Shown: positions 11,101 to 19,548, counted from the first letter of the whole stretch. The stretch: 57,543 bases of DNA, filler included, from Basidiobolus meristosporus CBS 931.73 (GCA_002104905.1; 3 parts of 3 records of this genome joined end to end with filler, not necessarily neighbours in it), one strand, 5' to 3'. Notes: generated by a model from the letters alone, not told the origin. Numbers and translations are program-made.

Positions 11101-13868
11101 CTACTGTTGTAGCTTTGATACAAGAGTGTGTAGCTGAGGGGAATTTGTAGGTAAGTTAATAAGAAGTGATGATAGTTCTTCAGTGCTCAAGACACTGTTC
11201 AGTGGGAAGGGGGGTAGCAAGAGAGGTAAGAATGACTTGTGAATAACATTAATGAGGGGAATGTGATAAGGATTGATATTCATCATAAATGGAGTGTGCT
11301 GCTGCAGATATTGCTGCCAAAGGTCTGTCAAGTACTTCAGGTAGGCCAGCTTGGGTTTTTCTGACTGCAGAATAAATTCAGCAAACTTCTTGACTTCAGG
11401 ATCTCCAAGTATGGTTCTCCAGCAGGAGCCAGGTGTTGTGTGGTGTGTTCTCTTCCAGGCCTTAATCAGTGGGTTGTTGCAGTTGTGAAGTCTGAGGTAT
11501 AATCTGGTTCTTAGGTAGAGAAGTCTGATCTTATAGGGCATAAACCCAAAAGCACCAAGAATAGCATGTCTGTAGGGGCATTCAGGCAAATGAGGCACCA
11601 AGGAGGTAATGCACCATACTGCAAACTTGTCAAGCTTAGTGCAGTCTCTAGAAGTAAGAGAGAGAAGTGGTAAGCCAAATTCCAGGACAGGGAAGACAAA
11701 CTGCTTGAGTAGAAGGAGGCAGCTGGGAGCTGAAGTTGTAGGAGGAGTAACAGCCAGTAGCTTGTGGAGTGCCTGTCTTGCTAGGATAATTCTCTTCTTC
11801 AGGTGTGCTCCAGAGTCTAGTCCAGTAGGAAGGAAAGGAAAGCCAAGATATGTAGCAGAAACCTGAGCAGGTAGAGTGGAGTTCTCCAAGTTGATGGGAG
11901 TGCCCAAAGGTACTGTCTTTGCAATGGAAAGCTGGAGATTATTCTTCTGCAGATACTGGTGGATGGTCTGGGAGTCTTGTTGCACATTGGAGGAGGATAT
12001 TCTGATGTCATCAGCAAAGAGAGTAACCAGGCAGTCAGCTGAGAGTCTTGGGAAATCATTCAGGAAGATGGCAAACAGTATAGGACCAAGCACAGAGCCT
12101 TGAACCACTCCATTAGGAACTGAGAACACTGGTGATTGCTCACTTGGGTGCAGAATTCTGGCTTGTGGATCCAGAAACAGAGACCTGACAAGGAGGGTGA
12201 GAGAGGCACTGGAGAAGCATTGCAACTTGGACCAAAGCAGATTTCTGTCAACTGAATCAAAGGCCTTAGTAATATCAAACAGAACAGAGGGATACCTGCA
12301 CTGGAGAGAGTGATCTTGGCTAAGTATGACTGCATATTCCAAGGAGAGGCCAGGAACAAAGCCAAACTGTGCAGGATGAAACTTGAGGGAGTCAGAGTAG
12401 AGCTCCTGAGCAAGCAGAAGCTCAAACACCTTTCTGCAGGTGGGCAGCAGAGATATTGGTCTGTAGGAGCTAGGATCCAGGTGCTTTCCTTTACCCTTGT
12501 ACAGTGGCAGAACATTTGCAAAGGACCATTCCTCAGGAGTAGAAAGCTGGGCTGAGCATTGCAGAAACAGTGGAAGCAGAAGTGCAGACATGGCCTTGGT
12601 ACTAGTCTTCAGAAGCTCATAGGAGATTGTGTCCACACCTGGAGCAGTAGAGTTGGGAAGCCTCTTGAGCACATTATGGATTCTCCCTTGATCAAGTGCA
12701 AGTGGGATGGGCAGAGTCTTGAAGTCAGGATGAAAGCCAGGAGTTGAGTACTGCTTTGTAGAGAAGAAGATGTTAGCCAGCTGTTCTGTTGAAGGTAACT
12801 TCCTGGAAGAGGGCCTCATTGCCCTGTAGAGTCTTGAAACTGTTCTTGTTATAGAGTTGGAAGATTGCAGAGGCAAGGAACTCATAATATGATCCCAGAG
12901 CTGAGTATGCAGAGTGTGGTGAATTGCCTTGGAGTGGTGTATTGCTGTCAGGAGGAGTTTCTCTGTTTTTGGGTTAGGGAAACTCAGGTAGCTTTGTTGC
13001 AGGGCTGAAACAATAGATTCCCATTTTCTTGAGGTAACAGCAGTAGTCTTGCATGGCAGTGAGAGGGAGGCAGACACCAGAATCAGATGCTTCACAAAGA
13101 GCCAGGCATAGTTGAGATCATCTGGCAGAGAAAGTAGCAAACTGGCAAGCTTCAAGTAGTTCCCAAAGTCTTTCTTCTGATTCTTGGTAGCTTTGTGGGT
13201 GAGCACAGTAAGTTTTGGCAGCTTCTTCTTCACAACTGGTTGCATAGAAAGGGACCAGGCTGGGTGGTCAGAGGCTCTCAAGGATCCTAGCTCAGCTGCA
13301 GAGAATTGCTTAACTTCATTCACAAAGTAGAGGGCAGCAGCAGAAGGGCAGATCCAGTCAACACATCTTTTCTCAGATTGAGCACCTAGTGCTAGCAGAT
13401 GGCTTTCTCTCAGGAAGTTCAGTAGGAATGTAGACCTTGGCTTCATTCTTGCAGTCAGAGTAGTCTTGTTCTCAGGATGGGGAATGTTGAGATCTCCAAG
13501 CAAGATAATAGGTGTTGATATAGATTGCTGGTATTGCTGAACTTTCTGGCATATAACTTCACTTCCTGAAGGGCAAGACTTGGAGGCAGATAGCAGAGCA
13601 CCAGACTGATAGTTGGCAACTGGAGAGCAGCACAGTAAGGGGAGTAAAGAGGAACACAGAGCTGAGGAGTATTGATGGTAGAAGAGATGAAGCAGATAGA
13701 GGAGGTATTCTTTGTTCTAGGAGTAGAAAAGCAATATAGATTAGTCAAAAGTATAGAGGGTAGCTGGACATCAATCAAACACAGGAGGGAAAATCTTGAA
13801 AGAAGTCTCTCTAGAGTTGGTCTTGATGGCTGTATGCTGTTGCAGTTAAGCAACAGAACTTCAGGTAG
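11101..13868 (-). CDS. LINE ORF2: apurinic-like endonuclease plus reverse transcriptase; one 1-nt frameshift near 13560; no initiating ATG
   Basis: APE: LLNCNS, LCYLPPS, IILLGDLN, ASDH. RT: PGVDTI, YRPISLL, QFGF, FDITKAFDSV, GVVQGSVLGP, LFADD, YLG. The N-terminal APE half is in the 13455-13853 frame, the rest in the 11101-13503 frame. Confidence 0.9.
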
Positions 13869-15377
13869 TCAGGCAGAGGTTGTAGCTTCTTCAGAGGCAG
13901 CATTGACAATGTGACCTGCAGAGTCCCAGAGCTCTTCAAATGGTGCATCACTTAAGTCAGCAAGGAGGGAAATGGCATGGTTCTTGAGGAAGTATGCCAC
14001 ATCATAGGAGGGGGCTTGTCTCTTGATGGCAGCAAAGAAAGACCAAATGGCAACATGGGCTGGAGGCTTGTTGAACAGTAGAGAGTCAGAGGATTCAGAT
14101 TCTTCAGGCACTATCTTGAAGTCAGTTTTCAGCCAGTTAAGGTTCTTTGCCACAAAGGCAACAAATGGGTCAGCAATGTTTTGGTCTAGGATAACCTCCA
14201 GAATCTTCCCTTTTCTCCAGGCCAGGTTGACAATTCTTGAGAGCTGAATATTGCATGCCTTGAGTGCTTTCCTGATGTTGGAGATGGGAGTCCAGGGAAC
14301 TTGCTTCAAGTACACCACAGTCCAGGTAGAAGCTGGTGGTAGGTTTGCTGGGGGCTTGTAAGTCCTTCTGTGTGGCAATGGAGCTGCAGTAGTCAGATTG
14401 GAGTCCACATTCTCAGTAGAGGGTTTTCTTGATGTGTCTTGCTGAATGGTACTGGAGCTGGATGTGCTGATAATTCTTGCTAGAACCTTGCCTGCATAAG
14501 TCTGAGGAATAGCTGAGGTAACTGTAGAGGTGGTGGCAGCTGGTGCAGGTGGAGAGGCAGAAACTGAAGCAGGAACTGAGGTCACCAGGGAGAAGGCAGT
14601 AGCAGCAGGTTTTCTGGGAGGAACAGAGTTCACTATCCAGTTGTTCTGTAAAACACTGGAGTAGCTTTTCTGTGGAACAGGATCTTGCTCTTGAACAGGA
14701 ACAGAAGCAGGAGGCTGGGGCTGGGCAGTAGTGGTAAGGCAGTGGCACTCCAAGGAAGCTTTTTGCAAGGCATCTCTGGCAGTTTTCAGGGCAGTATTGG
14801 CTTCATTCTTGAGCTTCTTGCATTGGGCATCCAGTCTCTTGTTTTCAATAGCCAGGGCAGTATTGGCAGCCTCTAAATCAGCAATTCTCTTCTCAATTGC
14901 AAGGAATCTCTGAAGAAATGCATCAGTAGAAGTGCTGGCATCTGGGAGAGCAGTGGCAGGAATAGACTCCATTGACAGTGGGCTTCTTGGAGGCAAGGAA
15001 AGTGGACTGGCAGATTCAGGCACAAAAGGAGATATCCTGGCAGGAGGAGAAGGAGTATCCAAGGCAGTAACAGAGGCAATTCTTGTTGGTGAAGCAGCAG
15101 CAGGGGAGGCAAGCCTGTTCAGAAACTGGGCAGGAGAGAGTGCTTGAGGAGAGGGAGTCTTCAGCTTGCCAAGCATGTCTTCCATCAGAGTGATACCAAT
15201 ATTCCTGGTGCATTTGCAGAGAAAAGTAAGCTTCCTGAGTCTGCCAGCTCTTCCATTCCTTCTGATAGTTCCTTTGCTTCCACAGTTGGGGCAAGAAATC
15301 TTCTTGACAGACTTGTCAAAGCAATCAAGAACCTTCCTTTCAGGTGTAGTGGGCTCCTGTTGAGGTTTTGGTGGCAT
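13869..15377 (-). CDS. LINE ORF1: N-terminal zinc ribbon, coiled coil, P/S/T/A-rich linker, C-terminal RRM-like domain
   Basis: First ATG at 15377 (MPPKP); CPNC-x21-CKC; heptad segment FLQRFLAIEKRIADLEAANTALAIENKRL; C-terminal VVYLKQVP...IRKAL...RIVNL...ILEVIL. Confidence 0.85.
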   Translation of the reverse strand: MPPKPQQEPTTPERKVLDCFDKSVKKISCPNCGSKGTIRRNGRAGRLRKLTFLCKCTRNIGITLMEDMLGKLKTPSPQALSPAQFLNRLASPAAASPTRIASVTALDTPSPPARISPFVPESASPLSLPPRSPLSMESIPATALPDASTSTDAFLQRFLAIEKRIADLEAANTALAIENKRLDAQCKKLKNEANTALKTARDALQKASLECHCLTTTAQPQPPASVPVQEQDPVPQKSYSSVLQNNWIVNSVPPRKPAATAFSLVTSVPASVSASPPAPAATTSTVTSAIPQTYAGKVLARIISTSSSSTIQQDTSRKPSTENVDSNLTTAAPLPHRRTYKPPANLPPASTWTVVYLKQVPWTPISNIRKALKACNIQLSRIVNLAWRKGKILEVILDQNIADPFVAFVAKNLNWLKTDFKIVPEESESSDSLLFNKPPAHVAIWSFFAAIKRQAPSYDVAYFLKNHAISLLADLSDAPFEELWDSAGHIVNAASEEATTSA

Positions 15378-15446
15378 ATCCAGAGTTTCAGCTTCAAATT
15401 TCAATTTTTGAGATTTTTGGGTGATTTTTGATGGGCGGGATCAAAA

Positions 15447-15458
15447 TTAGGGTTAGGG
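15447..15458 (+). repeat. Interstitial (TTAGGG)2 at the LINE 5' end
   Basis: ttagggttaggg read directly. Confidence 0.9.
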
Positions 15459-15478
15459 TTGCGGGCTGTGACTGCTTT

Positions 15479-15571
15479 TTACGATCGCAAGGTCAGAACC
15501 TTCTCATTGTCAAAATCACGTTCACAATACCAACACCAGGGTCTAATAGTCTTTCTCTTCTTCTTGGCCAT
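15479..15571 (-). pseudogene. ZNF207: Captured 5' fragment of the host ZNF207/BuGZ gene (30-aa mini-ORF)
   Basis: Translates to MAKKKRKTIRPWCWYCERDFDNEKVLTLRS*; the first 26 aa match the ZNF207/BuGZ N-terminus (human MGRKKKKQLKPWCWYCNRDFDDEKIL, from memory). Confidence 0.85.
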
Positions 15572-15600
15572 TTTTACTAGACTGAAAGCGCGCTTAGGGG

Positions 15601-16119
15601 AGGAAAGTCACCAAGTGGTGAAATCTTTATTTACTTATGACAAGTATCTAAAGAAGCCAAGTTAATCTGAAGTTATTCCTAGAAAGCTAGGTCTGAGAGA
15701 TATCTTCCTGGTAAGCCAGGTCTGAGAGTTGAGAAGCTGAGTGGTACTATATTTCCTAGTTAGCTAGGTCTGAGAGTGGTTTCCTGGAAAGCCAGGCCTG
15801 AGAAGTGAGAATCTGAATATATCTGAGCTAAGTTATACTGGTTTGCAGTAGCTGAATTGTGGCCGGAATGGCCAGTAGACTGGGGGAACTGAGATGTATT
15901 TCTGGGTGATCACTGGCCAAATTTACTAGGCAAATCTGGCCAAGTAGCATTTCAAGGATTTCAGCCAATCAGAGCCTTTACTTTGCCCAATGGTTGATCA
16001 AGCCATCTCCCAATGAGCACACATCAATTTATTAATCAAATTTTGCTGGATCCAGGATTTGAACCCACAACCATGGGTATGGAAGGGTTAGGGATAACCA
16101 CAAGGCTAAGTGTTCTTGG
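15601..16119 (-). mobile_element. tRNA-headed SINE, copy 1 (519 bp)
   Basis: Minus-strand A box TAGCCTTGTGG (16098-16108) and B box GGTTCAAATCC (16055-16065), 32 nt apart; 3' tail shared with the LINE; flanked by TTAGGG. Confidence 0.85.
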
Positions 16120-16129
16120 TTAGGGGGGG

Positions 16130-16771
16130 AGACAGTCACCAACAGGTGAAATCTTTATTTCAGTTGAAACAAAGAAGCCAGCGCTACTGTTGTAGCTTTG
16201 ATACAAGAGTGTGTAGCTGAGGGGAATTTGTAGGTAAGTTAATAAGAAGTGATGATAGTTCTTCAGTGCTCAAGACACTGTTCAGTGGGAAGGGGGGTAG
16301 CAAGAGAGGTAAGAATGACTTGTGAATAACATTAATGAGGGGAATGTGATAAGGATTGATATTCATCATAAATGGAGTGTGCTGCTGCAGATATTGCTGC
16401 CAAAGGTCTGTCAAGTACTTCAGGTAGGCCAGCTTGGGTTTTTCTGACTGCAGAATAAATTCAGCAAACTTCTTGACTTCAGGATCTCCAAGTATGGTTC
16501 TCCAGCAGGAGCCAGGTGTTGTGTGGTGTGTTCTCTTCCAGGCCTTAATCAGTGGGTTGTTGCAGTTGTGAAGTCTGAGGTATAATCTGGTTCTTAGGTA
16601 GAGAAGTCTGATCTTATAGGGCATAAACCCAAAAGCACCAAGAATAGCATGTCTGTAGGGGCATTCAGGCAAATGAGGCACCAAGGAGGTAATGCACCAT
16701 ACTGCAAACTTGTCAAGCTTAGTGCAGTCTCTAGAAGTAAGAGAGAGAAGTGGTAAGCCAAATTCCAGGAC
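16130..16771 (-). mobile_element. 5'-truncated LINE copy (642 bp)
   Basis: Identical by eye to 11047-11688; same C-terminal ORF2 translation. Confidence 0.95.
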
Positions 16772-16786
16772 TTAGGGTTAGGGGGG

Positions 16787-17305
16787 AGGAAAGTCACCAA
16801 GTGGTGAAATCTTTATTTACTTATGACAAGTATCTAAAGAAGCCAAGTTAATCTGAAGTAATTCTTAGAAAGCTAGGTCTGAGAGATATCTTCCTGGTAA
16901 GCCAGGTCTGAGAGTTGAGAAGCTGAGTGGTACTATATTTCCTAGTTAGCTAGGTCTGAGAGAGGTTTCCTGGAAAGCCAGGCCTGAGAAGTGAGAATCT
17001 GAATATATCTGAGCTAAGTTATACTGGTTTGCGGTAGCTGAATTGTGGCCGGAATGGCCAGTAGACTGGGGGAACTGAGATGTATTTCTGGGCAATCACT
17101 GGCCAAATTTACTAGGCAAATCTGGCCAAGTAGCATTTCAAGGATTTCAGCCAATCAGAGCCTTTACTTTGCCCGATGGTTGATCAAGCCATCTCCCAAT
17201 GAGCACACATCAATTTATTGATCAAATTTTGCTGGATCCAGGATTTGAACCCACAACCATGGGTATGGAAGGGTTAGGGATAACCACAAGGCTAAGTGTT
17301 CTTGG
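16787..17305 (-). mobile_element. tRNA-headed SINE, copy 2 (519 bp)
   Basis: Near-identical to copy 1, with the same ends. Confidence 0.85.
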
Positions 17306-17315
17306 TTAGGGGGGG

Positions 17316-17373
17316 AGACAGTCACCAACAGGTGAAATCTTTATTTCAGTTGAAACAAAGAAGCCAGCGCTAC
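17316..17373 (-). mobile_element. 58-bp LINE 3' stub (3' UTR, stop codon and 1 nt)
   Basis: Identical to 11047-11104. Confidence 0.9.
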
Positions 17374-17386
17374 TTAGGGTAGGGGG

Positions 17387-17905
17387 AGGAAAGTCACCAA
17401 GTGGTGAAATCTTTATTTACTTATGACAAGTATCTAAAGAAGCCAAGTTAATCTGAAGTAATTCCTAGAAAGCTAGGTCTGAGAGATATCTTCCTGGTAA
17501 GCCAGGTCTGAGAGTTGAGAAGCTGAGTGGTACTATATTTCCTAGTTAGCTAGGTCTGAGAGAGGTTTCCTGGAAAGCCAGGCCTGACAAGTGAGAATCT
17601 GAATATATCTGAGCTAAGTTATACTGGTTTGCGGTAGCTGGATTGTGGCCGGAAAGGCCAGTAGACTGGGGGAACTGAGATGAATTTCTGGGCGATCACT
17701 GGCCAAATTTACTAGGCAAATCTAGCCAAGTAGCATTTCAAGGATTTCAGCCAATCAGAGCCTTTACTTTGCCCGATGGTAGATCAAGCCATCTCCCAAT
17801 GAGCACACATCAATTTATTGATCAAATTTTGCTGGATCCAGGATTTGAACCCACAACCATGGGTATGGAAGGGTTAGGGATAACCACAAGGCTAAGTGTT
17901 CTTGG
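17387..17905 (-). mobile_element. tRNA-headed SINE, copy 3 (519 bp), abutting the terminal telomere tract
   Basis: Near-identical to copies 1 and 2; offset 600 bp from copy 2. Confidence 0.85.
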
Positions 17906-18111
17906 TTAGGGTTAGGGTTAGGGTTAGGGTTAGGGTTAGGGTTAGGGTTAGGGTTAGGGTTAGGGTTAGGGTTAGGGTTAGGGTTAGGGTTAGGGTTAGG
18001 GTTAGGGTTAGGGTTAGGGTTAGGGTTAGGGTTAGGGTTAGGGTTAGGGTTAGGGTTAGGGTTAGGGTTAGGGTTAGGGTTAGGGTTAGGGTTAGGGTTA
18101 GGGTTAGGGTT
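17906..18111 (+). repeat. Terminal telomere tract (TTAGGG)34
   Basis: Perfect TTAGGG array running to the contig end, G-strand pointing outward. Confidence 0.98.
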
Positions 18112-18211
18112 NNNNNNNNNNNNNNNNNNNNNNNNNNNNNNNNNNNNNNNNNNNNTTAATTAATTAANNNNNNNNNNNNNNNNNNNNNNNNNNNNNNNNN
18201 NNNNNNNNNNN
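18112..18211. other. Artificial contig linker (N44-TTAATTAATTAA-N44)
   Basis: Symmetric 100-nt spacer with six-frame stops, repeated exactly at 34783-34882. Confidence 0.97.
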
Positions 18212-19016
18212 TGGGCCTTGCTTCACCTTTCTGGATCTTCCTATTGAGCAGATGTGTAGGGAGATAGGAAGACAAGTCAAGTTGCAGGCACTACCATATC
18301 CCAATCTCATCAAGAATATTACCTTCTAGTCCAGGATGGATGGGATGAGTTGGTACATGGAGGACAGCCAGGAAGAGTTGGTAAATACTGAGGACAGATG
18401 TGCACGTGGAGACACCTATGCCTATGGCATTAAGAAGCTAAGCAGCCCCAATGTGTGGGTAATCACTTAAGTAATGCAAAGTTGGGTTGGGAGCAACAAG
18501 CAACTAATTTTTATTATGAAAGCACTACCAAAGCATGCTGGGTTTCTCTTGGTCACAAGCCAGCTACTACACCATTCAATATGGAATATACACAAACAAG
18601 AGCCAGAGCACACCTAAAAGCAGGACTTGAATCCAGCAGGGATAAGGAATATATTGGCCAAATACCAAGAAGCTCTTTGTGGATATTCAGGAGGTATTCA
18701 TGGCAGAAGTGGCAAAAACCAAGCATATGTTTGCAAGATGTATATGTTACCAGCAGTACAAGGTATATGGCAACTTTGCCAGTATCACACTAAAAAGTTG
18801 TAAAGTTGAGGTGATAGAAGTATGTCAATTGCGGTGTAGTGGGGTGACAGTGACACCCACTGACAGATGTGCTCATTCCCTTATTTTCTACTTCCCTATA
18901 TCTCTACTACACTTATTTTAGTTTTATCCCATTTGTCTTACCCAATCAGTACTATCCCATAAGCCGGTTGACTATCACACCTGCTTACCTTATTGCATAA
19001 GTTACCCCTCACTTTA

Positions 19017-19548
19017 TGTAAGATTACTAGCTACAAGTGCTTCTATATTAGGCAAGTACCCGCGCCAGTACCCGTGACACATGATCACCCGTGTCACCAT
19101 CCCCACCATTTCCATACCATATATGGTATCCCCATGTTGCACAGGTTTCAGAATACTGATTCCTGATTGGTTGGATGTGCTGTGCCTCTTAGAGCCTTCC
19201 GGCACCTACTTAGAACATTCTTAGGTCATTCTGATGTCATTAAGATTTCTATTGATATCCGGAACCTTCTGGAACACCATGATTAGTAATCACTTAGCCG
19301 GTAAGAAAAGTATATAAGGGAGGCTATCCCTCAACAATAAATCATTATCCCTTTTATCAATATACCAACTTGTTGATTAGTGTTATCACTGCTACCTGCT
19401 GCTACCTGAACTTCCAACCCCAGACCACAGGACACTCCCAGGAAACCGCGCTGACAGCCAACTGACCTTGGAGGCACTACTTGTGAGGAATACTCAGAGT
19501 AGGTATCTTTTATTATATTTGATTCTTTCCCAAGTTTGTTCTTGTACA
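19017..19548 (+). repeat. Dispersed LTR-like repeat; a diverged inverted copy lies at ~43040-43440
   Basis: Contains gtatataagg and aataaa; its reverse complement matches 43260-43430 (ggcacagcacatccaaccaatcagg...gtgcaacatgg.gataccatatatgg). Ends and TSD not established. Confidence 0.45.

Larger units (their letters stand above)
11047..15446 (-). mobile_element. Full-length telomere-embedded non-LTR retrotransposon (APE-RT LINE); 5' end may extend to ~15593
   Basis: ORF1 plus APE-RT ORF2, 54-nt 3' UTR, TTAGGG repeats at both ends, no poly(A); two further identical 3'-end copies lie distally. Confidence 0.95.

Noticed and set aside
12971-12979. GGGTTAGGG inside LINE ORF2
   Set aside because: A single 9-mer within coding sequence (PNP codons) with no junction; likely chance.
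13545-13575. Programmed ribosomal frameshift in the APE domain
   Set aside because: There is no slippery heptamer (CAGGAAGTGAAG); a single missing base explains it, and similar indels affect host genes.
11047-15446. Identity with MoTeR or Penelope-like telomeric elements
   Set aside because: This element has an N-terminal APE domain and a separate ORF1; MoTeR1 uses a restriction-like endonuclease, and telomeric Penelope-like elements lack APE.
15678-15800. Spaced palindromic repeats resembling a CRISPR array
   Set aside because: The repeats are only ~22 nt, spacers are short and themselves repeated, no cas genes are present, and the context is a eukaryotic SINE.
17896-18159. ORF encoding poly(Val-Arg)
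   Set aside because: It is the translation of TTAGGG running into Ns from a GTG start; there is no evidence of a gene, although VR dipeptides from telomeric RNA have been reported in mammals.
18112-18211. TTAATTAATTAA palindrome within Ns (also 34783-34882)
   Set aside because: Artificial linker, so adjacency between the three contigs has no biological meaning.
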